Source of the DNA: a virus
Lineage: Duplodnaviria; Caudoviricetes
Reading direction: 5' to 3' (one strand)
Length of the DNA stretch: 64,000 nt
Virus record (IMG/VR): IMGVR_UViG_2595698517_000001
Coordinates: 32,001-96,000 of that record
In this document: positions 53,048 to 62,846 of the stretch, piece after piece
How positions within the stretch are numbered: the stretch's first letter is position 1
Layout: every line of letters begins with the position of its first letter
Translations under genes and position numbers: made by a program
Notes under the pieces: generated by a model
The model's input: the letters and a program-made list of their open reading frames with translations, nothing else
The model's database searches: none
What the model was told of the DNA's origin: nothing

Positions 53048-54475
53048 TTATTGCCCGCCACCTAATTCTTTCTCTAACATCGCATCCAGGTTGTTTAACC
53101 CGTTACCGTTAGCAGGTACGTTATGTAAAGGTGGTGTTGCTCCTGGGGCAGGTGCCGCAGGTGGTACTGGTGCAGGCGGTGTTGGTGCTGCTCCTGCAAC
53201 TGTTGTAGATGCTCCGACTCCACCGTTATTCGCTAAGTTAGTCTCTTCACCGATGTCCGTAGGCTCGTCCATTCCAGTAGGCATGTTAATTACTGGTTGT
53301 GTTGGTACTGCGCTAGGTGCGAATGGATCAATCGGTGTTGGCGCTGTTGTGTTAGCGTATGGATTTGGTGCAGGTGTTACTGGTTGCTGTGGTACCGCAG
53401 GTGCTCCTGGTTGTGGTACGTTAGCATATGGATTTGGTGCAGGTGCCGCAGGTGGTACTGGTGCTCCTACTCCTGGTTGTGCAGCATAAGGATTTGGTGC
53501 GGGCGTTCCTGGTTGTGCATACGGATTAGGCTGTGGTGCAGCGTTTTGTGCGTATGGGTTAGGAACAGGTGCCCCAGGTTGCGCTCCTGGTTGAGCTGCA
53601 TATGGATTTGGTGCAGGTACGTTAGCGTACGGGTTTGGTGCGCCTGGTTGTGGTGCTACCGCTCCGTAAGGGTTAGCCGCAGGTGCTCCTGGTGTAGGGG
53701 CTGCTGCTCCACCTTGGTTAGGCTTACGACCTTCCTTCATATCGATGAAAGCTTGTACCCATTGCATACCGTTCACTAAACGCTCTGTTGGTACTGCATG
53801 AGCATTTAGGTCTTCTAGTTGCGTTTCCCAACCTTGACCTAGCGCAGGTAATACGATGTCATTGTAAAGTTCTACAGTGTACTCTTTCTTACCTTGTGGT
53901 GGCTTAGTAATCTCGATTGGTCGAGGGCTGTTAATGTCCATGAAGGATAACTCTGTACCTGTACGGTTCAACATTTTGTTTTTTAATTTATCAAATACAC
54001 TTAATAAAGCAGTTTTAGGTAACTCAAGCACACGTACCACTAAGTTTCCTTGTGCGTCACGCTCTTGTACCCATTGCTGCGGGTTCATTGGATGTTGGAT
54101 AACCATTACTGCGTTTACTAAGAAACGTTCAGTAGGAGATTGTTGTCCACCGAAACCATTCGGGATCATACCTAATCCTGCCCATTCAGTAATCTTCTGC
54201 TCTAACAATGAGCCTGGGTTTGGAGCTGCGTCTAATACGAAGCTTGAACCGAATTGTTTACCGTTACTTGTAATAGTGTTTAAATACACGGTACGGATAG
54301 GAACGAAGAAGTTACCAGTTAAAGCAGCGTCAGGTAGAATTTGAATCAACAGTTTAGGTGTTTCCTTACTGAAGAACAATTTCTTGTGCTTTGCCTTCGG
54401 GTACTCAACCTTAGGGTTGTCCCCTCCTTGTTCTAGTTGTTTCTGTGCTTGGTTAATGATGTCGGCAAATGACAT
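53048..54475 (-). CDS. single-stranded DNA-binding protein with long Pro/Ala/Gln-rich tail
   Basis: synteny between DNA pol and recA; gp32-like N-terminal part; NPY repeats. Confidence 0.7.
   Translation of the reverse strand: MSFADIINQAQKQLEQGGDNPKVEYPKAKHKKLFFSKETPKLLIQILPDAALTGNFFVPIRTVYLNTITSNGKQFGSSFVLDAAPNPGSLLEQKITEWAGLGMIPNGFGGQQSPTERFLVNAVMVIQHPMNPQQWVQERDAQGNLVVRVLELPKTALLSVFDKLKNKMLNRTGTELSFMDINSPRPIEITKPPQGKKEYTVELYNDIVLPALGQGWETQLEDLNAHAVPTERLVNGMQWVQAFIDMKEGRKPNQGGAAAPTPGAPAANPYGAVAPQPGAPNPYANVPAPNPYAAQPGAQPGAPVPNPYAQNAAPQPNPYAQPGTPAPNPYAAQPGVGAPVPPAAPAPNPYANVPQPGAPAVPQQPVTPAPNPYANTTAPTPIDPFAPSAVPTQPVINMPTGMDEPTDIGEETNLANNGGVGASTTVAGAAPTPPAPVPPAAPAPGATPPLHNVPANGNGLNNLDAMLEKELGGGQ
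53148..53715 (-). repeat. low-complexity PNPYA repeat region
   Basis: 8 NPY plus 1 DPF; 26-bp direct repeat at 53148 and 53439. Confidence 0.85.
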
Positions 54476-54563
54476 GTAGTGATTCCTCCTATGTAATTGT
54501 AGTTTCAAAAACAGTCTAACACATATTATATCATATGTCTAGACTTTTCTGACAGTTATAGGC

Positions 54564-54818
54564 TTAATTTTTAAACTTTTTCTTTATGTACCATTGAGAG
54601 CGTTCTGCTGAACCTCTTTCAGATAGCGGTATAACCGACTGTGGGTTAGTTTCGATACTGACGATTGTATTCTCTCTCACTGCTAAGACACTATGCGGGA
54701 AAAGAACCTCGTCTACCCCGTCATATCCTCTCACGAATACTTCCATACCCTTATGCGTGTTATCCGTAGTACCTTTGATATAATTATCGTTTATCCAATC
54801 CTCAGGTAAGCTCCACAT
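54564..54818 (-). CDS. hypothetical protein
   Basis: start at MWSLPEDW, adjacent to the upstream stop. Confidence 0.65.
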   Translation of the reverse strand: MWSLPEDWINDNYIKGTTDNTHKGMEVFVRGYDGVDEVLFPHSVLAVRENTIVSIETNPQSVIPLSERGSAERSQWYIKKKFKN

Positions 54819-54819
54819 A

Positions 54820-55125
54820 TTAAGCTTCCCAATCTGCAATCGCTTGTGCAATCTTCTGAGGTTCGGCAGTCCATTTTGGAAGCGTAATCTCATTTGCATT
54901 TGCGAAATCTGCCATAGTGTTTACTAGGAAGCGATCACTAGAAAATGCAGGTGGTGTAACTGAAGGTTCATCTGAGAACTTCACATCGCCTGTTGTTTCG
55001 TCAACGATTGCTGTTTTGAAATACCCTTCTTCAAGAGTAAGCCCTAGCTTAGTTGCTACAGCAGCGTCTGTTTTGTTAATCTGTACTGGTTCATTGAAGC
55101 GAACGCCTTTTAGATCGTCTAACAT
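54820..55125 (-). CDS. hypothetical protein
   Basis: AGGAGG RBS. Confidence 0.7.
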   Translation of the reverse strand: MLDDLKGVRFNEPVQINKTDAAVATKLGLTLEEGYFKTAIVDETTGDVKFSDEPSVTPPAFSSDRFLVNTMADFANANEITLPKWTAEPQKIAQAIADWEA

Positions 55126-55137
55126 CCCTATTCCTCC

Positions 55138-55656
55138 TTAGTATTGTTGCGGTTGGTGATTCTGTGGCATCTGTATAGCGGTACCACCTGCACCCTTACC
55201 ATAAAGCTGATTTTCGAGAACTTGTTTACCATAGGACTGAAGCATGTCTTTACGTTGCTCGAACGCTTTTACAATACGCTGTACACGACCTATAACGTAT
55301 TCATAACCTAAGCAATTTTGTCTCATCGCCTGGTAGCTTGCGTTACGTTTAATAAATGCGTCTACACTGTCCTTTGTCGGTTTCTCTCCGATCTGCTTCA
55401 TTTCGTCTCGTGCTTGTTTATCCAAGGTAGCCACTAAGAACTCTAGCTGTAACTCGGTTGACTCCTGGAAGAATTTTAATTTCTCAAGCACGGAAGACCA
55501 GTAAATGTACTTAGAAGGTTGTTCTAACATTTCCGTTAAAAGGTTATGCTCATTTACAGCAAGTTCCTCTCTCAGGTTAAATGTTTCAAACTGTTTGTTC
55601 TCATCTATGATGTTTATTTGGTCGAAATCTAAGCTGTCTACTTTTACCTCTAACAA
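55138..55656 (-). CDS. conserved helical protein, UvsY-like
   Basis: EL..NE..L..E..EQP..Y..W and AFEQRKDML motifs; synteny with SSB and recA. Confidence 0.55.
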   Translation of the reverse strand: MLEVKVDSLDFDQINIIDENKQFETFNLREELAVNEHNLLTEMLEQPSKYIYWSSVLEKLKFFQESTELQLEFLVATLDKQARDEMKQIGEKPTKDSVDAFIKRNASYQAMRQNCLGYEYVIGRVQRIVKAFEQRKDMLQSYGKQVLENQLYGKGAGGTAIQMPQNHQPQQY

Positions 55657-55719
55657 ATATTCTCACCTCTATCCTTTAGAGAGTAAAAAGAGAAGAAACA
55701 ACTTGTCCCTTCTCTCACT

Positions 55720-55748
55720 ATAATACTATATCACATTCTGTATGTCAA
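55720..55748 (-). promoter_or_regulatory. sigma-A-like promoter
   Basis: TTGACA-17bp-TATTAT. Confidence 0.7.
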
Positions 55749-55764
55749 ATTAAAGTTACAGAAT

Positions 55765-58700
55765 TTATAATGCTAATTGATACTGCTGTTTACTTGCTTT
55801 GACTGTCTCAACTAACTCCTCATATTTCTCCTCTGTAATTACTTTCGAATCTAAGTAATCCTTGATCTTACTTAGAGTAGAATGATACTTGCAGTAGTTT
55901 GCAACCGTTTGGAATGTGTTAAGGTCGTCTGCATCGTATTCGACCATATCATTGTACGTTACGCCAATCTCTACATCGGCTTCGATAGGGTAGCGGATTT
56001 TTTCACCTTTCCAATCGATGAATAACCAATCAATCGGTAAGTTCTCCATGATATGTCTAGCTGCTTTTGCCATGATGTGAATTTCTTCAGGTGGGCAATC
56101 AAGTACGATAGAGTCATGCACGGTAAGAACGACTTTAGTTCTGAACCCGTTATTTTCGATGAACTTGTTAATGTAGATCACAGATGTATTTGTTAAGAAT
56201 GCACCTGAACCCTGGATACGAGTATTTACAGACTGACGTAATGCACCGTTCCTTTTAGAATTATCTTTTGAGAACACGTCACGTAAATTACGTCTGAATC
56301 CATGTAGGCATTCTACATAACCATTTGCTTTAACAAACTCGTGCGTTTCATCGATAAACTGTTTAATACGAGGTTTATTTCTAAAGAAGTCCTCGAACAG
56401 TTGCTCCGCTTGTTGTAATGTCATACCATGTTTCGCATAGTAACTGAATGGTGTTTCACCGTAGGCGATACCGAACGTAGTAGACTTCGCTGAAGAACGC
56501 ATATCCTTTGTAACTTTATCCAGTGGTACCCCAAATACCAGGGAAGCTGTCTCTTTATGGATGTCGTTCTTATCTAAGAAGGCTTGTGTCATCTCTTCGT
56601 CCATCGCTGCTAGAGCTAGTACACGAGATTCCAGGGAACTATAGTCGAGCTGTAATAGCGCTCCGCCAGGGAAGCTCGTAATAAACATCCGTTTAATTGG
56701 ATACTTATAGTCGAATCGGTTAATATCCCCTGTCTTACGTGGTAACTGCTGTAAGTTCGGTTTAGAAGATGATAGACGTGTCGTTTCAGTACCAGTCGGG
56801 TTAAATCCACCATGCACCCTTTCTTCAGGGTCGATCAGCGCTCGTAGTTTCGTTGTGAAGTTCTGCTTACGAGTTTTAACAAGTGAGTGCGTTAATAGTA
56901 GCTCGGCTAATTCTTTAGAGCTTTCAAACTCCTTGGCTACATATTCTAACGTAGTCTTGTTCGTCTTGTAATGGAACCAATCAATATCTTCTTCAGGTAT
57001 GTTGTCTTCCATTACCGACTTGACCAAGTATTCCTTGTTGTACGGTGGTCTGTGCCCTGTGTATTCGAATAATACCTTCTGTTTGTCTTCAGTAGCATTC
57101 GGGTTGAACTCAAGCTTGTCCTTGTACTTATTACGCAAGTCCGCAATCTTTTCATTACGCTGCGCTTTCGGTACAGCCATTTCCGCTACCCCTCTTTGAT
57201 ACAGTTCTAAATGTTCTTCTTCTAGCTGCTGTACTTCAGGGAACTTTCTCATCTCTTCAACCAGTCTTCGTTCCTCAATGGTGTAGGCTTCAATCAAAAT
57301 ATCATTGTAGGCTACATCCATCTTAACTCCGTTGGCTTCGATCATAGCTAAGTAATTGGTTAGCTCTGTGTAATGCCCTGTATACAGCTCACGGATACGT
57401 CTATTCTCAGGTAACTGCCCTCGAAGCTCTAGTTGGTTATAGATACGTAAACATGCGTCAACGTCACCACTAGCGTATGGAGACAGCATTGAGAATAATG
57501 GAATCCATTCATAACAGAAGTCTGTACCGTCAATCGGGTTCTTCGGTGCTTCTACCGCAGGGTAGTCAGGCTTAGGCGGGTTAACATGTTTTGAGTCCGC
57601 TATTTCTTTAAGCTTTATGTATTCTTCTTGAGTAGCGTATGTCGGGTTACCTTTTCGCAACTCTTTCATTTGCTCCCTAGCTTGTTTTACTTTAGCCTGG
57701 TGTTCCGCTTTTAAATTAGCGCAAAGGTTCTTGTAGTCTAACTTCATTTGGTCAACCTTAGCTTTTAAAGCTGCTTCATAGTCTTCAACATATTGTACTT
57801 TGAAGTCCTCTAACGCTTTATCGTATCCGCCCATGTCTGTAAGCTCGTAAGCCAAGTCACTTAATTTTAATGAGCTGTCTACTGCCTGGTTAACTAATAA
57901 GTAGTACATAACCTTTGTATCTCGGTGATTCTTGAACACTTTGAAATTCTTTGTTAATCGTAGGAACCTAATATCGAACTGAATGTTATGACCGACTTTG
58001 ATAATGTTAGGATCGGCTACGAATTCTTCAATCAGTTTGTAAATCTCGGCAAGATGTCCTGGTAACCATGTAAACTCTTTATGCTCTAGCGGAATGGTGT
58101 AACCCGTCTCTTCCGCAGTACAAATAGAAATTACTAATGGTTTCGCTCCTGTTAGGGCAGGGTGTAAGGTGTTCGTCTCTAAATCCCATGCGACAATAGG
58201 GGCTTGTTTGACTTCCCTTTGGAATATGTCCCTGACTCGTTCAATGGTCGTTACATCCTCGTACTGTACTGGTTTGGCTATGAATGCTTCCTCACCTCGG
58301 TCTACGAATTTCTTCAGTGTACCGAAATCCGCTTCTACCAAGTTCTGCACTTTTGGAGCTACTAGCATGTATTCAATGGAGTACATCGGAAGTACCCAAC
58401 ATGTGTGCTCTACGACTGTTGAATTTACTTCTCCTTCAGGAAGGCTAAACGTTTCATCCAGGTTCAAGGACTCTAAATGAGCAATACGTTTCTCTAGGGA
58501 ATCAATACGACTCGTAATCTTCGCATGATCTGCCTGTAATGAAGGTTCAGTATAGATACGTCCTCCGTACCCTTCCAGGAAGTAGTCAAGTTCGTTCTCA
58601 GCATTACCTAAATGTTCACGAGCCTTTTTCAGCTCTTCTATACGAGTAACCTCGTCCAAAACATCGCTATGTATATGTGGGTTTGCCTGCTCTAACGATA

Positions 58701-59103
58701 GTGTAGCCTTAATCGTAACCTTTTGAGGTACACCTCTTGTTTTTGATATAGAGGACTTACCTAATAACGCTTTACAACCCAGGTTACCCGAAGGGATAAT
58801 AATGTCAGGCTTTTCTTTCACAATACGTTGATAAAGCAGCTCAAACTCGGGGTTGGCTTCCTTCTGTGTGGGTTGCTTGTACTTACTTGCTCTTTTATAT
58901 TTATCCCGTTCTAACACTTTCGGGATCAGTCCGTATGCGTAGTCTATGTAGTAGTTACCACGTTTCAATTGAAGACCTCTTCGAATCAGGTCTTTAAGAA
59001 TGACACCTGCATCTGTATTGAGGAATACATTCTTTAACGTACCATCAGGCTGTTTCTTAATGTGCTGCTCTCTTAAGTACTCTTGTAGAAATAATATCTT
59101 CAA
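55765..59103 (-). CDS. polA: family A DNA polymerase with 3'-5' exonuclease and N-terminal UDG-like domain
   Basis: exonuclease DLET, GHNIQFD, YASGDVD; polymerase TTRLSS..PNLQQ, LDYSSLESR, RSSAKSTTFGIAYG, TVHDS. Confidence 0.97.
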   Translation of the reverse strand: MKILFLQEYLREQHIKKQPDGTLKNVFLNTDAGVILKDLIRRGLQLKRGNYYIDYAYGLIPKVLERDKYKRASKYKQPTQKEANPEFELLYQRIVKEKPDIIIPSGNLGCKALLGKSSISKTRGVPQKVTIKATLSLEQANPHIHSDVLDEVTRIEELKKAREHLGNAENELDYFLEGYGGRIYTEPSLQADHAKITSRIDSLEKRIAHLESLNLDETFSLPEGEVNSTVVEHTCWVLPMYSIEYMLVAPKVQNLVEADFGTLKKFVDRGEEAFIAKPVQYEDVTTIERVRDIFQREVKQAPIVAWDLETNTLHPALTGAKPLVISICTAEETGYTIPLEHKEFTWLPGHLAEIYKLIEEFVADPNIIKVGHNIQFDIRFLRLTKNFKVFKNHRDTKVMYYLLVNQAVDSSLKLSDLAYELTDMGGYDKALEDFKVQYVEDYEAALKAKVDQMKLDYKNLCANLKAEHQAKVKQAREQMKELRKGNPTYATQEEYIKLKEIADSKHVNPPKPDYPAVEAPKNPIDGTDFCYEWIPLFSMLSPYASGDVDACLRIYNQLELRGQLPENRRIRELYTGHYTELTNYLAMIEANGVKMDVAYNDILIEAYTIEERRLVEEMRKFPEVQQLEEEHLELYQRGVAEMAVPKAQRNEKIADLRNKYKDKLEFNPNATEDKQKVLFEYTGHRPPYNKEYLVKSVMEDNIPEEDIDWFHYKTNKTTLEYVAKEFESSKELAELLLTHSLVKTRKQNFTTKLRALIDPEERVHGGFNPTGTETTRLSSSKPNLQQLPRKTGDINRFDYKYPIKRMFITSFPGGALLQLDYSSLESRVLALAAMDEEMTQAFLDKNDIHKETASLVFGVPLDKVTKDMRSSAKSTTFGIAYGETPFSYYAKHGMTLQQAEQLFEDFFRNKPRIKQFIDETHEFVKANGYVECLHGFRRNLRDVFSKDNSKRNGALRQSVNTRIQGSGAFLTNTSVIYINKFIENNGFRTKVVLTVHDSIVLDCPPEEIHIMAKAARHIMENLPIDWLFIDWKGEKIRYPIEADVEIGVTYNDMVEYDADDLNTFQTVANYCKYHSTLSKIKDYLDSKVITEEKYEELVETVKASKQQYQLAL

Positions 59104-59122
59104 GTTGCGTCCTCCTTAGTTG

Positions 59123-59299
59123 TTACTCCTCATCCATATCCATGCCTAAATCGATGAACCACCTTACTATCAGGTTAATAAGTACAGCTACCCCGATAAT
59201 AAGACTGAATGTACCTGAAGCGTAGTCTTGCTTTGTGAAGGCATCCACTGTTATCCCTATAGCAAATGCTCCGATAAATAATAGTAATCCTTTTGGCAT
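59123..59299 (-). CDS. 58-aa membrane protein (not in ORF track)
   Basis: MPKGLLLFIG...; strong RBS; two TM helices. Confidence 0.6.
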   Translation of the reverse strand: MPKGLLLFIGAFAIGITVDAFTKQDYASGTFSLIIGVAVLINLIVRWFIDLGMDMDEE

Positions 59300-59329
59300 A
59301 CTCCCTCTCCTCCTTCCGTAATAACTATA

Positions 59330-59358
59330 ATCTTACTATATCATATTCTGTACGTCAA
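59330..59358 (-). promoter_or_regulatory. sigma-A-like promoter for DNA pol
   Basis: TTGACG-17bp-TAAGAT. Confidence 0.7.
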
Positions 59359-59390
59359 TAACTGGATACATAGAAAAAAGAGAGTGGCGG

Positions 59391-59687
59391 TCACTCTCTC
59401 TTCTTTACAGGTAATTCGATTGATTCTAGTCGTGACAAGGGTTTGAACTTCGGAACCCGTTTAGCAGGACGATCGAAATATTCTTTACTGAATCCGTTGT
59501 ATGCTTTCTTGAATGGGACTTCTTGTAATAGTAGCTTCCATAGCTTACCTTGCTTAATTTCTTCCCCATTTTCTAATGCTTCTACGATCACATCTTCGTA
59601 GTGCTTCAGAAACTCCTGGGCAATTCCTATATCATAATTACCTCGGTGGGCAATACGTCTAGCCAGTTCGTTACGATTTACAGCCAT
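59391..59687 (-). CDS. HU/IHF-like DNA-binding protein
   Basis: NRNELARRIA...L.NGEEIK...AYNGF...PAKRVPKFKP. Confidence 0.85.
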   Translation of the reverse strand: MAVNRNELARRIAHRGNYDIGIAQEFLKHYEDVIVEALENGEEIKQGKLWKLLLQEVPFKKAYNGFSKEYFDRPAKRVPKFKPLSRLESIELPVKKRE

Positions 59688-59688
59688 A

Positions 59689-60447
59689 TTACTCTCCCTC
59701 CACTGTGAAAGGACTTTCCATACGTCTAAATCGTTTGTTATCGTTTAGAACCATATCCTCAATCATTTGTTTGTCTTTCTTAGAATCGCAAACGAGCCAT
59801 ATATTCATTTTCCAGGTAGATAGCGGCTCCTGTAAATGACAGAAACACTGGTACTTGTATTTTGCTTTTAGGTGGTACATACCATTATAAAAGATATAGT
59901 ACTTCTTATGTCTCTCTTGAATCTCATCTTCTCTTAAGGCAGGGAACGAAATTCTAACTTTATCTACGTGATAACGAAGTGGATGCAGCGAAAATAGGTA
60001 ATCGTAAATGTTTATATCGGGTAGTACAATCGGCACGTCTACAACTACGCTAGTAGCCATAGAAGCTAGGTGTACATTCATTACATCTTCCGCTGTATAG
60101 TCCTTCTTACACCGATAAATAACTTCTGACTGTGGTACTCCCGCTAACTGATTAATTACTGGGATCGGGACTCTACCGTCACTGTAATATTTGATACTGC
60201 CACCATGATTAAAAATTTTACTATGTAAAGTATCGTTAGGGTAACGTTGTTTGAATAGTAAGTAAGTTTTATCGTTACGTTTACTAAATCGAGCGGACTC
60301 TTCTTTTAGCTTGTCCATCTCTCGTTCAATCTCTTTTTCATTTAACCTTGTAACCTTTACAAACTTACTTTCCTCTTGCTTTGTTGTCAAATTTATATTA
60401 AATGTTCGATCAGTATTGTATACGTTTAATCCTTTTTTTCTAGCCAT
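59689..60447 (-). CDS. conserved hypothetical protein
   Basis: long ORF upstream of HU. Confidence 0.75.
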   Translation of the reverse strand: MARKKGLNVYNTDRTFNINLTTKQEESKFVKVTRLNEKEIEREMDKLKEESARFSKRNDKTYLLFKQRYPNDTLHSKIFNHGGSIKYYSDGRVPIPVINQLAGVPQSEVIYRCKKDYTAEDVMNVHLASMATSVVVDVPIVLPDINIYDYLFSLHPLRYHVDKVRISFPALREDEIQERHKKYYIFYNGMYHLKAKYKYQCFCHLQEPLSTWKMNIWLVCDSKKDKQMIEDMVLNDNKRFRRMESPFTVEGE

Positions 60448-60607
60448 TAGATTTCACCTCGCCCGTAAAGCTGTCTCGTTGTTGTCATCGTCATTGTAAT
60501 CTCTCCAATGTGAATATGTATTTTAGGACTTCGGCTATATCCTACTATCTTCATTATAGCACAAACAAAAAAGTAGAGGAGATTCGGAAACCCCTCTACT
60601 TAGTGTA

Positions 60608-60817
60608 CTATTTATTATATGGATTGTATCGAGCATAGCCCAGGCACCAAACAGCGCTAACCGATACAGGTTTACTTTTATCATACTGGATTCGCTTTAA
60701 TGTTTCTATAGCTTTAACGATATTCCTAGCATCTAGCTTTATCGTACGGAACTTGTCTCCATAGAAGTACTCCATGTGCCATTTTCTCATTTCACCGTTA
60801 TGAGCTGAATTTGGCAT
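60608..60817 (-). CDS. hypothetical protein
   Basis: coupled ORF. Confidence 0.6.
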   Translation of the reverse strand: MPNSAHNGEMRKWHMEYFYGDKFRTIKLDARNIVKAIETLKRIQYDKSKPVSVSAVWCLGYARYNPYNK

Positions 60818-61571
60818 TGCCTAGCACCTCCGATTGTAACGCAATACTGTTAATGACAACCAATAGTTTATCGACCTTATCCTTGTCTACCTTTTCAGGA
60901 AGTTCCGATTTTTCATATGCTTGTTGCAGCTTGTCCTCATAGTAAGCTACCATTTCCATAGCTTCTTTTTGTGAATACTTCCCAGTCTTACATTCGATTA
61001 GCAGTTCCCTGTTAGGTCGGTATGTACAGAAATCATATGTCTCTAAGATTTCAATAGCAGATGTTCTTATTCTAATGCTATGACAAAACGCTCTTGTGTT
61101 ATACCCGAATTTTTCAACGATGTCAGCTCTACCCTTTTGGAACTCTTTGTCTTGACCGTTGGCAAAACCACCGAATCTACCTTTAACAAGTTTAGACAGG
61201 AATAAGTGTCTATTGTCAATTAATAGTTGACCTAGCGGACTGACTTTCATGTAGTCCTGCGGTCTTGTAAATAATAACTCAATACTGTTTGGTGAGCTTG
61301 ACATGGCATCCTTTACAAACTTGTTGATAGGGTCTACTCTAATATCTACGGAATCTTTCGTGCTTCTAAAGTTTTTCGACCCTACATTATCATAACCTTT
61401 AAAGGACTCAAGCCCTAAGTAGTAATCAATAGGTGGGATACATACACCTCTGAAGTCATGATCTGAGTCTTCTGTCTCTGTCCCGTTAGCACGAGAACCA
61501 TACGGAGCTAAAATAATCGTTCTGTCTTCCATCCAATCATAACCAACCTCATTTAAATCTAACTTTACCAT
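60798..61571 (-). CDS. pol-beta superfamily nucleotidyltransferase (YcgL/RlaP-like)
   Basis: YGSRANGT...DSDHDFRGV; SPNSIELLF; C-terminal SELPEK. Confidence 0.85.
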   Translation of the reverse strand: MVKLDLNEVGYDWMEDRTIILAPYGSRANGTETEDSDHDFRGVCIPPIDYYLGLESFKGYDNVGSKNFRSTKDSVDIRVDPINKFVKDAMSSSPNSIELLFTRPQDYMKVSPLGQLLIDNRHLFLSKLVKGRFGGFANGQDKEFQKGRADIVEKFGYNTRAFCHSIRIRTSAIEILETYDFCTYRPNRELLIECKTGKYSQKEAMEMVAYYEDKLQQAYEKSELPEKVDKDKVDKLLVVINSIALQSEVLGNAKFSS

Positions 61572-61582
61572 CTCTTTTCCCC

Positions 61583-61795
61583 CTAGTATTTGAATCTTTC
61601 TGCTTCTTTTGAAAGCATAAATTTGTTATACATTGCTTTTGCTTTTGTCATGAATGTTGCTACTTGCTGAATCGTTGCATTCGTGTAATATACATGTTTG
61701 ACTACACCTGTTTGCGGGTCTATAAGCATAGTAATTTCTTCATCTTCAGTACTTATTTGTAAGTCACCGCAGAACATTTCTTTCTTAAGTTTCAC
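61583..61795 (-). CDS. hypothetical protein
   Basis: AAGGAG RBS; promoter TTGACC-17-TACAGT at 61828-61856. Confidence 0.65.
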   Translation of the reverse strand: MKLKKEMFCGDLQISTEDEEITMLIDPQTGVVKHVYYTNATIQQVATFMTKAKAMYNKFMLSKEAERFKY

Positions 61796-61863
61796 TGTAA
61801 CAGCTCCTTTATCTAATTTCTATAACTACTGTAACATGTGATTGTCCTACGGTCAACAATAAT

Positions 61864-62508
61864 TTACAACTGATATTCTTTCGGTGTAACTTCTTTTCCT
61901 TCTCCTCTAACATGTGGTTTAATCCATACTTGACCATTCTTTGTTTTTCTCCAATGTCCCCTAACCGTCCATTTTTCGATGTGACGCTCGTAAGAACGTG
62001 TAGCAGCTTCTAGGCTCTCTTTCGAAACAGAAACTGTGTAAACCTTCCTACGTATCTTTACGGGTGCTTTTTTCTTAGACTTCTTTTGCTTCTTATGCCC
62101 CACCACAACAGTATGCGACTTTACACTTACACTTTCTGTATCATCCTGGGAGTGTTCCATATAAGCCATTAAAGATGCATGTAACGAAATAAACACTTCG
62201 TTATACATTCGTATCATTTCTTTCTTTAACTGCGAATGTATTGCTTTCCCTTCGCCTGTGATGCTGTTCCATACCAATTCATGTGTTACAGTACCATCTT
62301 CTAGGACAACACTATACACAAATTCGTCACCTTGCTTTTGGAATACGTATCTAATATCAGGTGTATTCGTATTAATAATAACTCCTTGTTCTAGAACAGG
62401 GTTGAAGTTTCTAACAAGTTCCTGGTTAGCATCTCTCCAATCAAATAGTAATTCTGCATCCTCCTGAGAGATCACGATTCTGTCCCATTTTTCAATTGTC
62501 TTATTCAT
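61864..62508 (-). CDS. hypothetical early protein with C-terminal VRGHWR...WIKPHVRG motif
   Basis: own promoter TTGACT-17-TAATAT at 62541-62569. Confidence 0.75.
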   Translation of the reverse strand: MNKTIEKWDRIVISQEDAELLFDWRDANQELVRNFNPVLEQGVIINTNTPDIRYVFQKQGDEFVYSVVLEDGTVTHELVWNSITGEGKAIHSQLKKEMIRMYNEVFISLHASLMAYMEHSQDDTESVSVKSHTVVVGHKKQKKSKKKAPVKIRRKVYTVSVSKESLEAATRSYERHIEKWTVRGHWRKTKNGQVWIKPHVRGEGKEVTPKEYQL

Positions 62509-62597
62509 GTCAACACGTCCTTTGTTTTATTGTTAACCTCATATTACATTAATGTTTTCTTAAAGTCAACAATAAATGTATAAAAAAAAAGAAGGGG

Positions 62598-62846
62598 TTA
62601 TTCCCCTTCTAGTAACTCCACGATCTCTTCTAGTTCCTCAGGCTTGAACCCTACTGATCGTTTTACCTCTACGTCATTGTCGTCTAACAGAATTACTGTA
62701 GGTACTGAACCGATGTCAAACTTTGCTGCTTCACGAGGTTCTTTAAACGCATCGATTACTCTGTACTCCTTAACTGCTCTGTCTAAATATTCTCCTACTG
62801 CTTTACATGGATTGCAACCTTCGTTTTCGAATTTAATTATTTGCAT
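62598..62846 (-). CDS. thioredoxin/NrdH-like redoxin
   Basis: CNPC active site, IGSVPT. Confidence 0.88.
   Translation of the reverse strand: MQIIKFENEGCNPCKAVGEYLDRAVKEYRVIDAFKEPREAAKFDIGSVPTVILLDDNDVEVKRSVGFKPEELEEIVELLEGE

Noticed and set aside
55765-59103. Group I intron or intein in the DNA polymerase
   Set aside because: The ORF is continuous, all motifs are in order, and no intein splice-junction or LAGLIDADG motifs were seen.
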